Sequence record: PV754031.1
Direction: 5' to 3' (one strand)
DNA: 64,000 nt
Within the stretch, counting starts at the first letter, position 1. Each line of letters begins with the position of its first letter. The position numbers and the translations under genes are program-made. Below, one piece after another: positions 32,902 through 50,527 of the stretch. Below the pieces are notes generated by a model. That model saw only the letters and a list, made by a program, of their open reading frames with translations, was not told the origin of the DNA and did no database searches.

Positions 32902-35900
32902 TAGTGTTTCCTCTATATACAGCTACAAGATGTTTTCCAGCTGCCCACAAGATACCAGTTGTTGTAGCAATGATTTTAGGAGATAGAACCATTCGTTCTT
33001 CTACCGATGTATTACCGAATAGTAGATCAATATTACGGCCATCTTCAGTTTCATTACGTCCAGTCATTACACGGGAGAATACCGTTTTCATCTGGTTAGC
33101 TACTACGCCTTTATCTCCAACACCACATGGGATATCATGATCGATATACACTCGAATAATCATGTGGTCATATTCTAAGGCTCGTCCTTTCACTCGATAG
33201 TTAGCATCTACTTGTCCAGTGAAAGTAGGTTCTTTCAATGATTTAGCTCGTTCAGCGCGTTGTTTATCTGACGTATTAGCTAATGCTTGTAAACTTGGTG
33301 TCATATCGTCTATTTCACCATGATAGAAGCATTCAATCTTTGATACTGTACCTACGAGCTTAGCACGTGGCGAATATGCTGATAGTTTGCGTAATGTCTC
33401 AATAGATGCCTCGTCATATAGTGAGTGAGCAGCTGTTTCAGGATCTTCAATTATACATAGAATTGAATTTAAGTCGACATGATCCCCAACTTTCACCATA
33501 TCTCGAATAGTCTGATCAAACCTAACATCGATATTCTTGATTGCAGTTGTTTGAGTATTTAACCTTTTAGCTAGGTCTTCAGAAATAACTGAACCGTCTT
33601 CTAAAGTGTCAAGGTTATCATCAAATGCTACAACAGCCATACAACCGGCTTTCCATAATACTTGCCCAGGCGTATACCTATCTTCAGAGAAATAACGTTT
33701 GTTATATGTGATAGTATCTCCACGTTTAAACTTATCACCTTTCTTTAATGAGGTAACAAGAATGTGTGGGTAGTTAACACCAGCTGCTGTGCCATGAACT
33801 GTACCTAATTGATATCCAAATACATTACCATCAGCATATTTAACTTGGATACCATATTCATCAATAGCTACAACTTCACCATCTTGTTCTGCTGCTACAG
33901 CAAAGATAGAACTAGTCCTTTGGGCTATGATTTGTTCATAGCCTGTACGAACTGGTGTAACTGTATACCCATCAGCATAAATACCTTGCTGCTGCTGAAT
34001 TGATATAAAGTTAATTCGCTTAGGGTCATCATGTTCGGTTGCAACACCAAGCAGTGCACTAGTTGAGAGTAGTCTAGCTGGCCCATCTGTCTTTGGATCA
34101 AACATACGCGTAACACCACGCATGTTTACAAAGTTAGCATCAGGTACTAAGTAAGCAATAACACCAACGTCACCTGAGTCCACAGTTGATTCACTAACCA
34201 CACCAACATCCGCTTCACCGTAAATACGTGTACGTGCAACCATTGAAGTTGGACCGCGTCCACCATCTCCACGATAAGTCATCGCTTCTTGTTCACGGAT
34301 ATTTGCAATGGGGTTAGAATCTTCAATAGTGGCTACTGTCGGATCTTGTACAATCTTGCGCCAGATCACGTGTGGATCTAACTCGACAGTTTGCACTGAC
34401 CCACCATTACGCATATTAAATACACGTACCGCTCTATTGAGTTCATTAAAAATAGCCCCTGCCATGCGCTCATAACCACGATAGCGCATATATGCACCAT
34501 CTACTTCTGCTGGACTCCAGTCGTTCGTTAATAACTCGACAGACCGATAAAGCAATCCTTCAAAAGTAGTTGGTTCACCCATCTCCTTGAGTAGACCCTC
34601 AGTGATTGGATCGACCCATGCTGAGAAGAGTGTATCAATATCACGTGTAAATCTATTACTTAATCCAGCTTCTTCAAGAACCCTGAAGTAAACATCTCGT
34701 TTATTGAAATCATAAACAGAATAACGCCGCAGTGATTTATGATAACGTTTGAGTCCACTTAATACAAGCATTGCTTTATAATCAGCTCGATCAAATACTA
34801 GGATCTCATCAGCGAACGCTAATGTATAATCCGTACTATTGACAACAATCCTGGTACCACGCTGATGACGCTGATAATTAACATTCAACTTCTTAAGTAG
34901 ATTGTTTAAGCCATGGTGATATGCTAAAATGAAACCTAATGGTAGCTCTTTACCACCAATTGACATTAGAATAGCTTCTAACGGCGCTTTGGTTAGATCT
35001 AAGCCAAGTATATCTGTAATGGTACCAATAGGTTCTAGCTCATTACCTGTTTTCATGTAAAAGATGGAATTCTTATCTAACAAGATAGCATCAGTGCCAT
35101 TGAACCCCACCATTATCAAATCATCAGTTTCATAATCTTCGATATGTAATCCTTGTTTTGCAAAGAATTCATTACGATCTTTGAAATTAAAATAGAACAC
35201 ATTACGGTGATTATGGAAGCCTTTAAAAGCTGTTCCTAAAGTAGTGTACACCCTTGGTAGAACATAGTTGGATTGATCTAATTCAGCATAGGTAACTGAA
35301 TGTACAGACATATCACTTCCATCTAATGCACGGTTGGTAATCGCTCTGATTAACCAATTATCAAAGTTGTTTTCAGCACGTTCAGATCTGGTCACAAAGG
35401 TCTTATTATAATAAGAGGTCAATGCAACTTTACGTGGATTAACTTTACGAATTGGAATATCAGCACGTTGTAAACGTTGGCGATATGTTACCCCATTAGA
35501 CATGAACCTACCGTCATTATCAATGACAGGGATACGGAACATTACTTGTGAACTTCTACCACGAATAGGCTTTAATGTAACTTTGTGGATTTGGTAATGG
35601 TTACCAGAATCGCGTACAGTTTCAATTTTGTAATTAGTTACTGATACGCCTTGTTTCTGAACAGATAACACACTGTTTAAAATATCTTTCTTTAATAAGA
35701 CCTTGTTGTATTTGCGTTGGATGGCTTTTAACTTACTACCCAACATTGATTTATCAACAATGGTTGGCTTATCTTCAAAAGTGGTGTCTTCTGGAATCTT
35801 AAGATCATCTGGATGATATTCCATCGCCTCAGCGATCGTCATAGGTTCTACTGATTCATCATTAGGATCGGTAAATGGATCAGGTAGACGACGATACATA

Positions 35901-37240
35901 ATCGAATCTTCTTGAGCTTGCTCGAATGTATTCGCAGAAATCATATTCACGCGATACATGTCGTATGCTTTAGCTCTAATGGCATCGATTAGTTTATCTT
36001 CTTCATCAACTTCAGTATTGATGAATAACTCATCTTCTGGTACATCTGTTACAATGAGTTCCTTCTCTTCTTTAATTTGGCGAGAAGGTGAAGATTCCAG
36101 TGGATCTTTTTCAATGATAAGCTTTGTTACCTCAAGATCACTTTCTGGTGGTGGGGTATATGTTACCTCAATTGCGCCAATATCAATTAAGTTAGTTAAG
36201 TTGGTTGGGTCAAATTGAACATCATCAATAACATCAACTTCAGTTACTTCTTCTTCAACGTTATTAGACTCAACATCCTCAACCTCTTCTGCTTCACCTT
36301 CTTCATAACTAACCGGAGTTTCTTCATCAACAATAATATCTTCATTAAAGATAGGCGTATCTTCTTTAATTAATGAAGTATTACCTTGGTTATATTCAAC
36401 CATCGCTGATACTAGTGAAATAAGGCGCCTAGCTATTTGCTGGGTATCATAACCTTTATCATCTTTAATTTCTGGATCACGACGCCATTGATCAAGCATC
36501 CCTAAGTTAATAACAAAGAATGAACTTTGTACACGGAATAAAAGATTAATGTTACCGTAATACTTAGCATCGATGACATTCATGAAAGAACTTTCACGAT
36601 CATCAGAAACCCAGCGAACTAAATCAAATATATTTAGAATATCAGGTGTATTGAATTGATTAGCTAGATCTTGAGTTAAACCCCCTCGTAGTTTATTAAA
36701 AGAAGAAGGAGGTGGAACTAACTCAGGTAAGTGTACATCAATGAACTGGTTCCAACCAGGAAAACGTTCACATGCAGCCGCTACGCCACTCCAGAATGTA
36801 CGCATGTCATTTGACCAACGGAACCATGTAGCTTTATAAGAAGCCATATAATTCCATTGAGGGTTAATTAAATTATAATTCATTACCAGAATGTTCTGGT
36901 TTGATAATTTAAAACCGGTATCACTGCGTAAAGGTTTAAAGAAACGGTTCTGGCGGCGAAACTCTTGAATCATTGTTGCTGGGATATTTGAAGTCCTACG
37001 TGGATTACCTTCAAATGTAAGCATATCAGTAACATGCTCAATATATACTTTACCTTGATGTTTGGAGAATAATGGGTCTGTTTGACTAGGACCCATTACT
37101 GCATTATTACCATCGAAGAACTGATAAATGGATTCGAAAGGTAGATCAAGTTTATTTAGAGCATGCAACTTAGGTGACTGAAGTTTAGCATATTCGCGTA
37201 CACTATAATTTTTCAGAAACTGTGTAATATTTAAGCGCAT
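32885..37240 (-). CDS. rpoB: Virion RNA polymerase beta subunit, N-terminal piece (phiKZ gp178-like)
   Basis: GDGGRG, DSGDVG, DDPKRINFISIQQQQ (DDANRALMGANMQRQ), PVRTGYE, LEDGSVISE, GDKGVV, EERM motifs; 1451 aa. Confidence 0.92.
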   Translation of the reverse strand: MRLNITQFLKNYSVREYAKLQSPKLHALNKLDLPFESIYQFFDGNNAVMGPSQTDPLFSKHQGKVYIEHVTDMLTFEGNPRRTSNIPATMIQEFRRQNRFFKPLRSDTGFKLSNQNILVMNYNLINPQWNYMASYKATWFRWSNDMRTFWSGVAAACERFPGWNQFIDVHLPELVPPPSSFNKLRGGLTQDLANQFNTPDILNIFDLVRWVSDDRESSFMNVIDAKYYGNINLLFRVQSSFFVINLGMLDQWRRDPEIKDDKGYDTQQIARRLISLVSAMVEYNQGNTSLIKEDTPIFNEDIIVDEETPVSYEEGEAEEVEDVESNNVEEEVTEVDVIDDVQFDPTNLTNLIDIGAIEVTYTPPPESDLEVTKLIIEKDPLESSPSRQIKEEKELIVTDVPEDELFINTEVDEEDKLIDAIRAKAYDMYRVNMISANTFEQAQEDSIMYRRLPDPFTDPNDESVEPMTIAEAMEYHPDDLKIPEDTTFEDKPTIVDKSMLGSKLKAIQRKYNKVLLKKDILNSVLSVQKQGVSVTNYKIETVRDSGNHYQIHKVTLKPIRGRSSQVMFRIPVIDNDGRFMSNGVTYRQRLQRADIPIRKVNPRKVALTSYYNKTFVTRSERAENNFDNWLIRAITNRALDGSDMSVHSVTYAELDQSNYVLPRVYTTLGTAFKGFHNHRNVFYFNFKDRNEFFAKQGLHIEDYETDDLIMVGFNGTDAILLDKNSIFYMKTGNELEPIGTITDILGLDLTKAPLEAILMSIGGKELPLGFILAYHHGLNNLLKKLNVNYQRHQRGTRIVVNSTDYTLAFADEILVFDRADYKAMLVLSGLKRYHKSLRRYSVYDFNKRDVYFRVLEEAGLSNRFTRDIDTLFSAWVDPITEGLLKEMGEPTTFEGLLYRSVELLTNDWSPAEVDGAYMRYRGYERMAGAIFNELNRAVRVFNMRNGGSVQTVELDPHVIWRKIVQDPTVATIEDSNPIANIREQEAMTYRGDGGRGPTSMVARTRIYGEADVGVVSESTVDSGDVGVIAYLVPDANFVNMRGVTRMFDPKTDGPARLLSTSALLGVATEHDDPKRINFISIQQQQGIYADGYTVTPVRTGYEQIIAQRTSSIFAVAAEQDGEVVAIDEYGIQVKYADGNVFGYQLGTVHGTAAGVNYPHILVTSLKKGDKFKRGDTITYNKRYFSEDRYTPGQVLWKAGCMAVVAFDDNLDTLEDGSVISEDLAKRLNTQTTAIKNIDVRFDQTIRDMVKVGDHVDLNSILCIIEDPETAAHSLYDEASIETLRKLSAYSPRAKLVGTVSKIECFYHGEIDDMTPSLQALANTSDKQRAERAKSLKEPTFTGQVDANYRVKGRALEYDHMIIRVYIDHDIPCGVGDKGVVANQMKTVFSRVMTGRNETEDGRNIDLLFGNTSVEERMVLSPKIIATTTGILWAAGKHLVAVYRGNTNAKAK

Positions 37241-37242
37241 GA

Positions 37243-38895
37243 TTAATCCCTTTGTTTGGGTTCCCCAGTCATGTACCGAAGAGTTAAATTGAGTGTATGG
37301 ATACCAACACTAAATGCCAGTCGACCATCGGCATGTATATATGCAATACGTTTCTTAAAGAAAGCATCTGTTTCAGCGATAGCTTCCTCTGAATAAACTG
37401 CGTTAAATGATACAGTGTCCCCGTCGAAATCCGCCCCCAATGGCGCGAGAATAGAAGGAGAGATGGATACTGAGTCATGCCACTGGGCTGGTTTATTTAA
37501 TTCAAACACAGGGAATTCTAAGGCTGGTTCCAACGTATCATCACGTTCCCATTGATCATTTAACGGATAACGTAATTCACCCACTACGGTTGTTTTAACA
37601 TACATCTTACAGGGGATAGAGCTATTGTAGTTTTCTACAGGATATCGTGTAACAAACGCTGAGTTTGTTCGCCACATACTTAATCCACTAAGGTAAACTA
37701 ATTCGGCATAAGTAATAGGTCTAACAAATTTCTTATTTAGATTAGTAGGTAACTCATCGATGTTGCGGAATATTTTAAAATTCTGTTTATCATCAACGTA
37801 AATAAGGGCTAGATAATGATCAGCAATTTCAATTGCACGTGAACGTTTTTCAATGACATCTAACTCATTGATGATTTGTTCTTGCCCTTCAGGAGTTCCC
37901 CATAGATCCATATCTTCGTTAGAGATATCAACCCATTCTAAACGTAGTGTTTTCTTATTGATGAGCTGTACAGTGTTAGTAACTGTATCAAACACTTCAC
38001 CAACTACACCTTGCCTTAGTGCAAAGATTGTACGCGGTGCAACTGAACGAGCTGCTTGATGTAAGCCAACTACGGCATCTTTGAATGTTGGTCGATTAGG
38101 TGAATCAAGATCAGCAGCATTAGTATCTAGCGAACTAATGACGTTACGTGTACCATTGGCAATACGACGGGATGCCCATTTAGATTGAATGTATCCACGT
38201 TTACCGGATAGCAGTCGTTCATAATGTTCATAAATAGCTAATACGGTGTTTTGCATTGCTACTCGTTTGCGATCATAGATACTCAAGTCATCATTTGGTC
38301 CAAAGCTATCAGGTACACCAAACGACTGATTTAATAGATACCTATAGTGTTCATTGATCTCATCCATCTCAACACGATTATTCTCATCAATCTCTGCATC
38401 ACGATAAGCGGCTGGTGTTACAAGCATGTCTTTAAAAATACAGTTATCTTTATATTTTTCGATTAATTGTAACCTTGATAGCCGAACCCCTGACTTAGTG
38501 GACCCAAAGTCAATTCGTTTCCAGTTATCAAAAAAGAATGTATAACCAGTTTTACCAGTTAGTTCATCGGCGCGGATAAAATCTTTAATAGATTCGTCAA
38601 ATACTGCAAATGCCTTACCAAGAATAATTTCTTCATAGAAAGCTTTTAATTTAATTAAGTTTCGATATACAGCTGGATGGATAAGTTCTAAACCTAAATG
38701 AATATATCCAAATAAACTCTCACGATCAGTTGATCCAACTCTTCCAAAAATGGAAACAGAGAACAAACCATCTTCATGAAAGTTACCACCTAAACCTTCA
38801 AATATCTCATGACTCTTTACTTGACCTAAGAACTTTAATTGTTCTTTAGTAGGAATAAGTAAAGAAATATTAAAAGGAACTAATGCCTTCTTCAT
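37243..38895 (-). CDS. rpoC: Virion RNA polymerase beta' N-terminal piece with catalytic motif (phiKZ gp180-like)
   Basis: GLFSVSIFG, GYIHLG, GKRGYIQ..ASRR, TRYP and LGADFDGD (DFDGD at 37417-37431). Confidence 0.93.
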   Translation of the reverse strand: MKKALVPFNISLLIPTKEQLKFLGQVKSHEIFEGLGGNFHEDGLFSVSIFGRVGSTDRESLFGYIHLGLELIHPAVYRNLIKLKAFYEEIILGKAFAVFDESIKDFIRADELTGKTGYTFFFDNWKRIDFGSTKSGVRLSRLQLIEKYKDNCIFKDMLVTPAAYRDAEIDENNRVEMDEINEHYRYLLNQSFGVPDSFGPNDDLSIYDRKRVAMQNTVLAIYEHYERLLSGKRGYIQSKWASRRIANGTRNVISSLDTNAADLDSPNRPTFKDAVVGLHQAARSVAPRTIFALRQGVVGEVFDTVTNTVQLINKKTLRLEWVDISNEDMDLWGTPEGQEQIINELDVIEKRSRAIEIADHYLALIYVDDKQNFKIFRNIDELPTNLNKKFVRPITYAELVYLSGLSMWRTNSAFVTRYPVENYNSSIPCKMYVKTTVVGELRYPLNDQWERDDTLEPALEFPVFELNKPAQWHDSVSISPSILAPLGADFDGDTVSFNAVYSEEAIAETDAFFKKRIAYIHADGRLAFSVGIHTLNLTLRYMTGEPKQRD

Positions 38896-38970
38896 TTTCT
38901 ATTTTCCTATTTTGGTAATACTAAGTTAAACAACGATATGATACTTTACTAATCGTCAATGGAGTTTAAT

Positions 38971-47731
<8,761 letters not shown>

Positions 47732-47789
47732 ATACTTGGAATAGTTATTTATTGTAACCATTCTTAAACCAATGTAATAGGTAATTAAC

Positions 47790-48095
47790 ATGTCTCTACT
47801 TAAAAAGATCGGTCTAGCTTTAATTGGATCAGAAGGACGTAAGGAAGTTTTTGAACAAGAATTAACTAAACTATCAAATTCTAATGCAGTTATTGATCAA
47901 ATGGTGATTAATTTACTGGGTAGTAAGAAGAAGTTAGATGACTTCCTAATTAAAGCTGAAGAAATTGATAATAAGAAACTAGGCTTCATTAAAAATCGAG
48001 CCGAACTTATTAAACTAGTCAAATCTAAATATTCACAAGACCCTCGGGTTGCCGATGTAGTAGTGTCACTTTACATTGGTGGTTTCATTTATTGA
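47790..48095 (+). CDS. Hypothetical basic helical protein
   Basis: 101-aa ORF with AGGT RBS. Confidence 0.7.
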   Translation: MSLLKKIGLALIGSEGRKEVFEQELTKLSNSNAVIDQMVINLLGSKKKLDDFLIKAEEIDNKKLGFIKNRAELIKLVKSKYSQDPRVADVVVSLYIGGFIY

Positions 48096-48102
48096 GGTAA
48101 GT

Positions 48103-48795
48103 ATGTCTAAACCTAATCTTGAGTGGTTAGCTTCCTTAGAAAGTAAAGAAGCTAAGAGTACAGTAGATTCTTCCGATATGGATAATGATCAAAAGGAAGG
48201 TAGCGATAAGTCTCAACAAGATGAAGCTACTGAACCTGAGAAGAAAATTACTGCAACTGATGTACAAATTGCAATTGAAGAATATGCGCGTATCCGTGCA
48301 TTAACCACTACTAAAGATCTTCCAACTGACCCTGAACCAGGTGATACTTATCATGTAAATGGGGTAGATTGGATTTATCAAGAAGATGGTGGATGGGTAA
48401 CTATGCAAGGTATTTATGGCCATGAACATTTTGATGAAAATGGTCTAAATATTGAAGCAAGTGGTATTGATCAGAAATCAGGTGCAACTAAACGTTATGT
48501 GGTAACTGGTTATAATGCTCAGACTAACCCAGCTGCTATGCCTGGTGATAATCTGACTGAATGTGTTATCCTAATGCAGAATGGACTTGTTCCAGAAGTT
48601 GGTGTAAATGGCCTAACTGCTGACTGTCTACTTAAAATCGTTAAAGATTTATTTGAAGGTTATCAAGCAGGCCCATTTGCATGTGAAGAGAATCAGGTAG
48701 TGATTAATTCAATGGACCGTGCTCTTAGTGCAATTCATCAACGCCTCGTAAGACGTAAAGAACAAGGTACTGAAGGTACCTATAGTGGTAATTGA
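48103..48795 (+). CDS. tad1: Tad1-family nucleotide-signal sponge domain fused to an acidic propeptide (phiKZ gp184-like)
   Basis: The C-terminal ~125 aa match Tad1 motifs: GA..Y, xQNG..EVGVNG, LL.IV.D...YQAGPF..EN, R-x3-R and GT. ATG 48103 follows GAGGT. Confidence 0.75.
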   Translation: MSKPNLEWLASLESKEAKSTVDSSDMDNDQKEGSDKSQQDEATEPEKKITATDVQIAIEEYARIRALTTTKDLPTDPEPGDTYHVNGVDWIYQEDGGWVTMQGIYGHEHFDENGLNIEASGIDQKSGATKRYVVTGYNAQTNPAAMPGDNLTECVILMQNGLVPEVGVNGLTADCLLKIVKDLFEGYQAGPFACEENQVVINSMDRALSAIHQRLVRRKEQGTEGTYSGN

Positions 48796-48802
48796 CATAA
48801 AT

Positions 48803-48820
48803 GCCTCCCTTCGGGGAGGC
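48803..48820 (+). terminator. Intrinsic terminator
   Basis: GCCTCCC-TTCG-GGGAGGC then TTTATTT. Confidence 0.85.
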
Positions 48821-48832
48821 TTTATTTCGTAT

Positions 48833-48858
48833 TAAAAAAAATTTGAGATTTATATTAC
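48833..48858 (+). promoter_or_regulatory. phiKZ-type early promoter
   Basis: AAAAAAAATTTGAGATT-TATATTAC (octamer at 48851-48858). Confidence 0.8.
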
Positions 48859-48903
48859 TAGTGTGTAATTAGGAAACCATCTATCTAGTAAAGAGGAATC
48901 ACA

Positions 48904-49398
48904 ATGAGCGTTGTAATTTTCACTGCCAGACCTATTGGTTATAAAGTTCCTGGCGCTAATTCCACTGTAAATAAGTTTGCACTAAATACAGCTAATGCAC
49001 CTAGTGTATATAGTTCTTCACCAGGATCACCAATTACTGCTCAGGAGAGTAGTTGTATCTATACACTCACTTCAAATCATGAGTTAATCGCTGGGGACAC
49101 CGATAAAGATAACTCCCTAATGAGTTTCAAACTAGTGCTTGCGTATAATAACGATACAGCTAATTATCTAATTAGTACGCAGGTTATTGATAGTATCGAT
49201 AAACTAAAAGGAGTGGAAATTATTAGTGAACTCAGTTTCAGTGTAATTGATACTGGTGCTCATGCGATTCGTCGAGTGAATTCGATCGGTGTATGTGAGG
49301 CTGTTGCCGCTCGATGGTCGCCAGTTGCAATTGTAGCTGATACTAGTGGTGAAGACTTTGGCGATGTATGTGCATCATATATCAAATCGAGTAACTAG
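48904..49398 (+). CDS. Early hypothetical protein
   Basis: 164 aa, GAGGA RBS. Confidence 0.75.
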   Translation: MSVVIFTARPIGYKVPGANSTVNKFALNTANAPSVYSSSPGSPITAQESSCIYTLTSNHELIAGDTDKDNSLMSFKLVLAYNNDTANYLISTQVIDSIDKLKGVEIISELSFSVIDTGAHAIRRVNSIGVCEAVAARWSPVAIVADTSGEDFGDVCASYIKSSN

Positions 49399-49399
49399 C

Positions 49400-49642
49400 A
49401 TGGTAGATAAAGACAAAACAATGGTAGATTTGGTTAAGTCAGCACATGAGCTGATTTCACATCTTGACACACTAAATAAAGTAGCAGCCACCATTAATCT
49501 AATTGGTATGCCAGATGCTTTAAAAGAAGTAGTTAAACTCCCCGATGTAAAATGTGTTGTATATAAACGACCATTAACTGACAATCCAATTAAGATTGTC
49601 TTTAATGATGGTAGTTGCTTTGTAATGAAAGATGTAAATTAA
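49400..49642 (+). CDS. Early hypothetical protein
   Basis: ATG 49400 directly after the upstream stop. Confidence 0.6.
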   Translation: MVDKDKTMVDLVKSAHELISHLDTLNKVAATINLIGMPDALKEVVKLPDVKCVVYKRPLTDNPIKIVFNDGSCFVMKDVN

Positions 49643-49672
49643 ACCACCACCCTAAATAGAGAGAGTACTAAA

Positions 49673-50077
49673 ATGTCCATCGAAACCACCAAGAAGTTTA
49701 TCGAAACCCACAACCTAAATGAAAAAGTAAGCATGTCCGATGCCGGGGTATTCGAAATCCCGGATGGCCTATTTGAAGAAGTTGTTCTACAACCGGCAGG
49801 CGTGACCGCCGAGCAGTATGCTCAGGTACATGAAGGTGCAGGGCAACTGGCAGCAGCTGTAAGTTATGTATTTGCTGAAAAAGCTGCACCGTACATGAAA
49901 GAAAATGAAAACATTGCTGAACTGGGTTATTCCTATAATGCAGGTGGTGCAACTGTTTCTGGTATTATCGATCGTAAAGGCGAGCTTGTTACGGTGGTAG
50001 ATACCAAATATAAGAGCAGCGCTATGAATGATGTTGTTGAAAGTGTAGCCAGCTTCTTTGAAGATGTCAATAGCTAA
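49673..50077 (+). CDS. Hypothetical protein, probably highly expressed
   Basis: 134 aa with many C/G-ending codons and its own terminator. Confidence 0.8.
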   Translation: MSIETTKKFIETHNLNEKVSMSDAGVFEIPDGLFEEVVLQPAGVTAEQYAQVHEGAGQLAAAVSYVFAEKAAPYMKENENIAELGYSYNAGGATVSGIIDRKGELVTVVDTKYKSSAMNDVVESVASFFEDVNS

Positions 50078-50107
50078 TATATACTAGCTATGTCAATATA
50101 ATAAGAT

Positions 50108-50128
50108 CAGTGGGTGCATTACCCACTG
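50108..50128 (+). terminator. Intrinsic terminator
   Basis: CAGTGGGT-GCATT-ACCCACTG then GTCATTTT. Confidence 0.7.
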
Positions 50129-50194
50129 GTCATTTTATATTAAAAAGTTTAATGGTTAAATAATACATTTTAATAATTTAAGGAATTGGGTATC

Positions 50195-50527
50195 ATGGCG
50201 GATCAGAATTTATTTAAAGAAGTTTATGGTGATAATAAAAAATCACATTCTAACGATATCAAATCTAATCTAGTTATTGTAATTGTACAAACTGTTCGAC
50301 AAAAAGCCATTTCTCAAAAAGTATTGATTGACGATGTTTTCACTAAACTAGGTATCTCTGATGAACTTAGTGAAAATATTAAAATGTGTAATTTACCAGC
50401 TCTAAGCATTGATGCATTAGTTGACGTTCTATATAGCTTAGGTTATAGGGCTTCATTAAAATTATCGCAACAAGATTTAAAAGATAACGTTGAAGCAATA
50501 ATTGAATTTAAGATGAAGGATCAGTAA
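50195..50527 (+). CDS. XRE/HigA-like helix-turn-helix protein (HTH_37-like)
   Basis: KSNLVIVIVQTVRQKAISQ..KLGIS..SENIK..LPALSIDALVDVLYSLGY follows the HTH_37 pattern. Confidence 0.7.
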   Translation: MADQNLFKEVYGDNKKSHSNDIKSNLVIVIVQTVRQKAISQKVLIDDVFTKLGISDELSENIKMCNLPALSIDALVDVLYSLGYRASLKLSQQDLKDNVEAIIEFKMKDQ

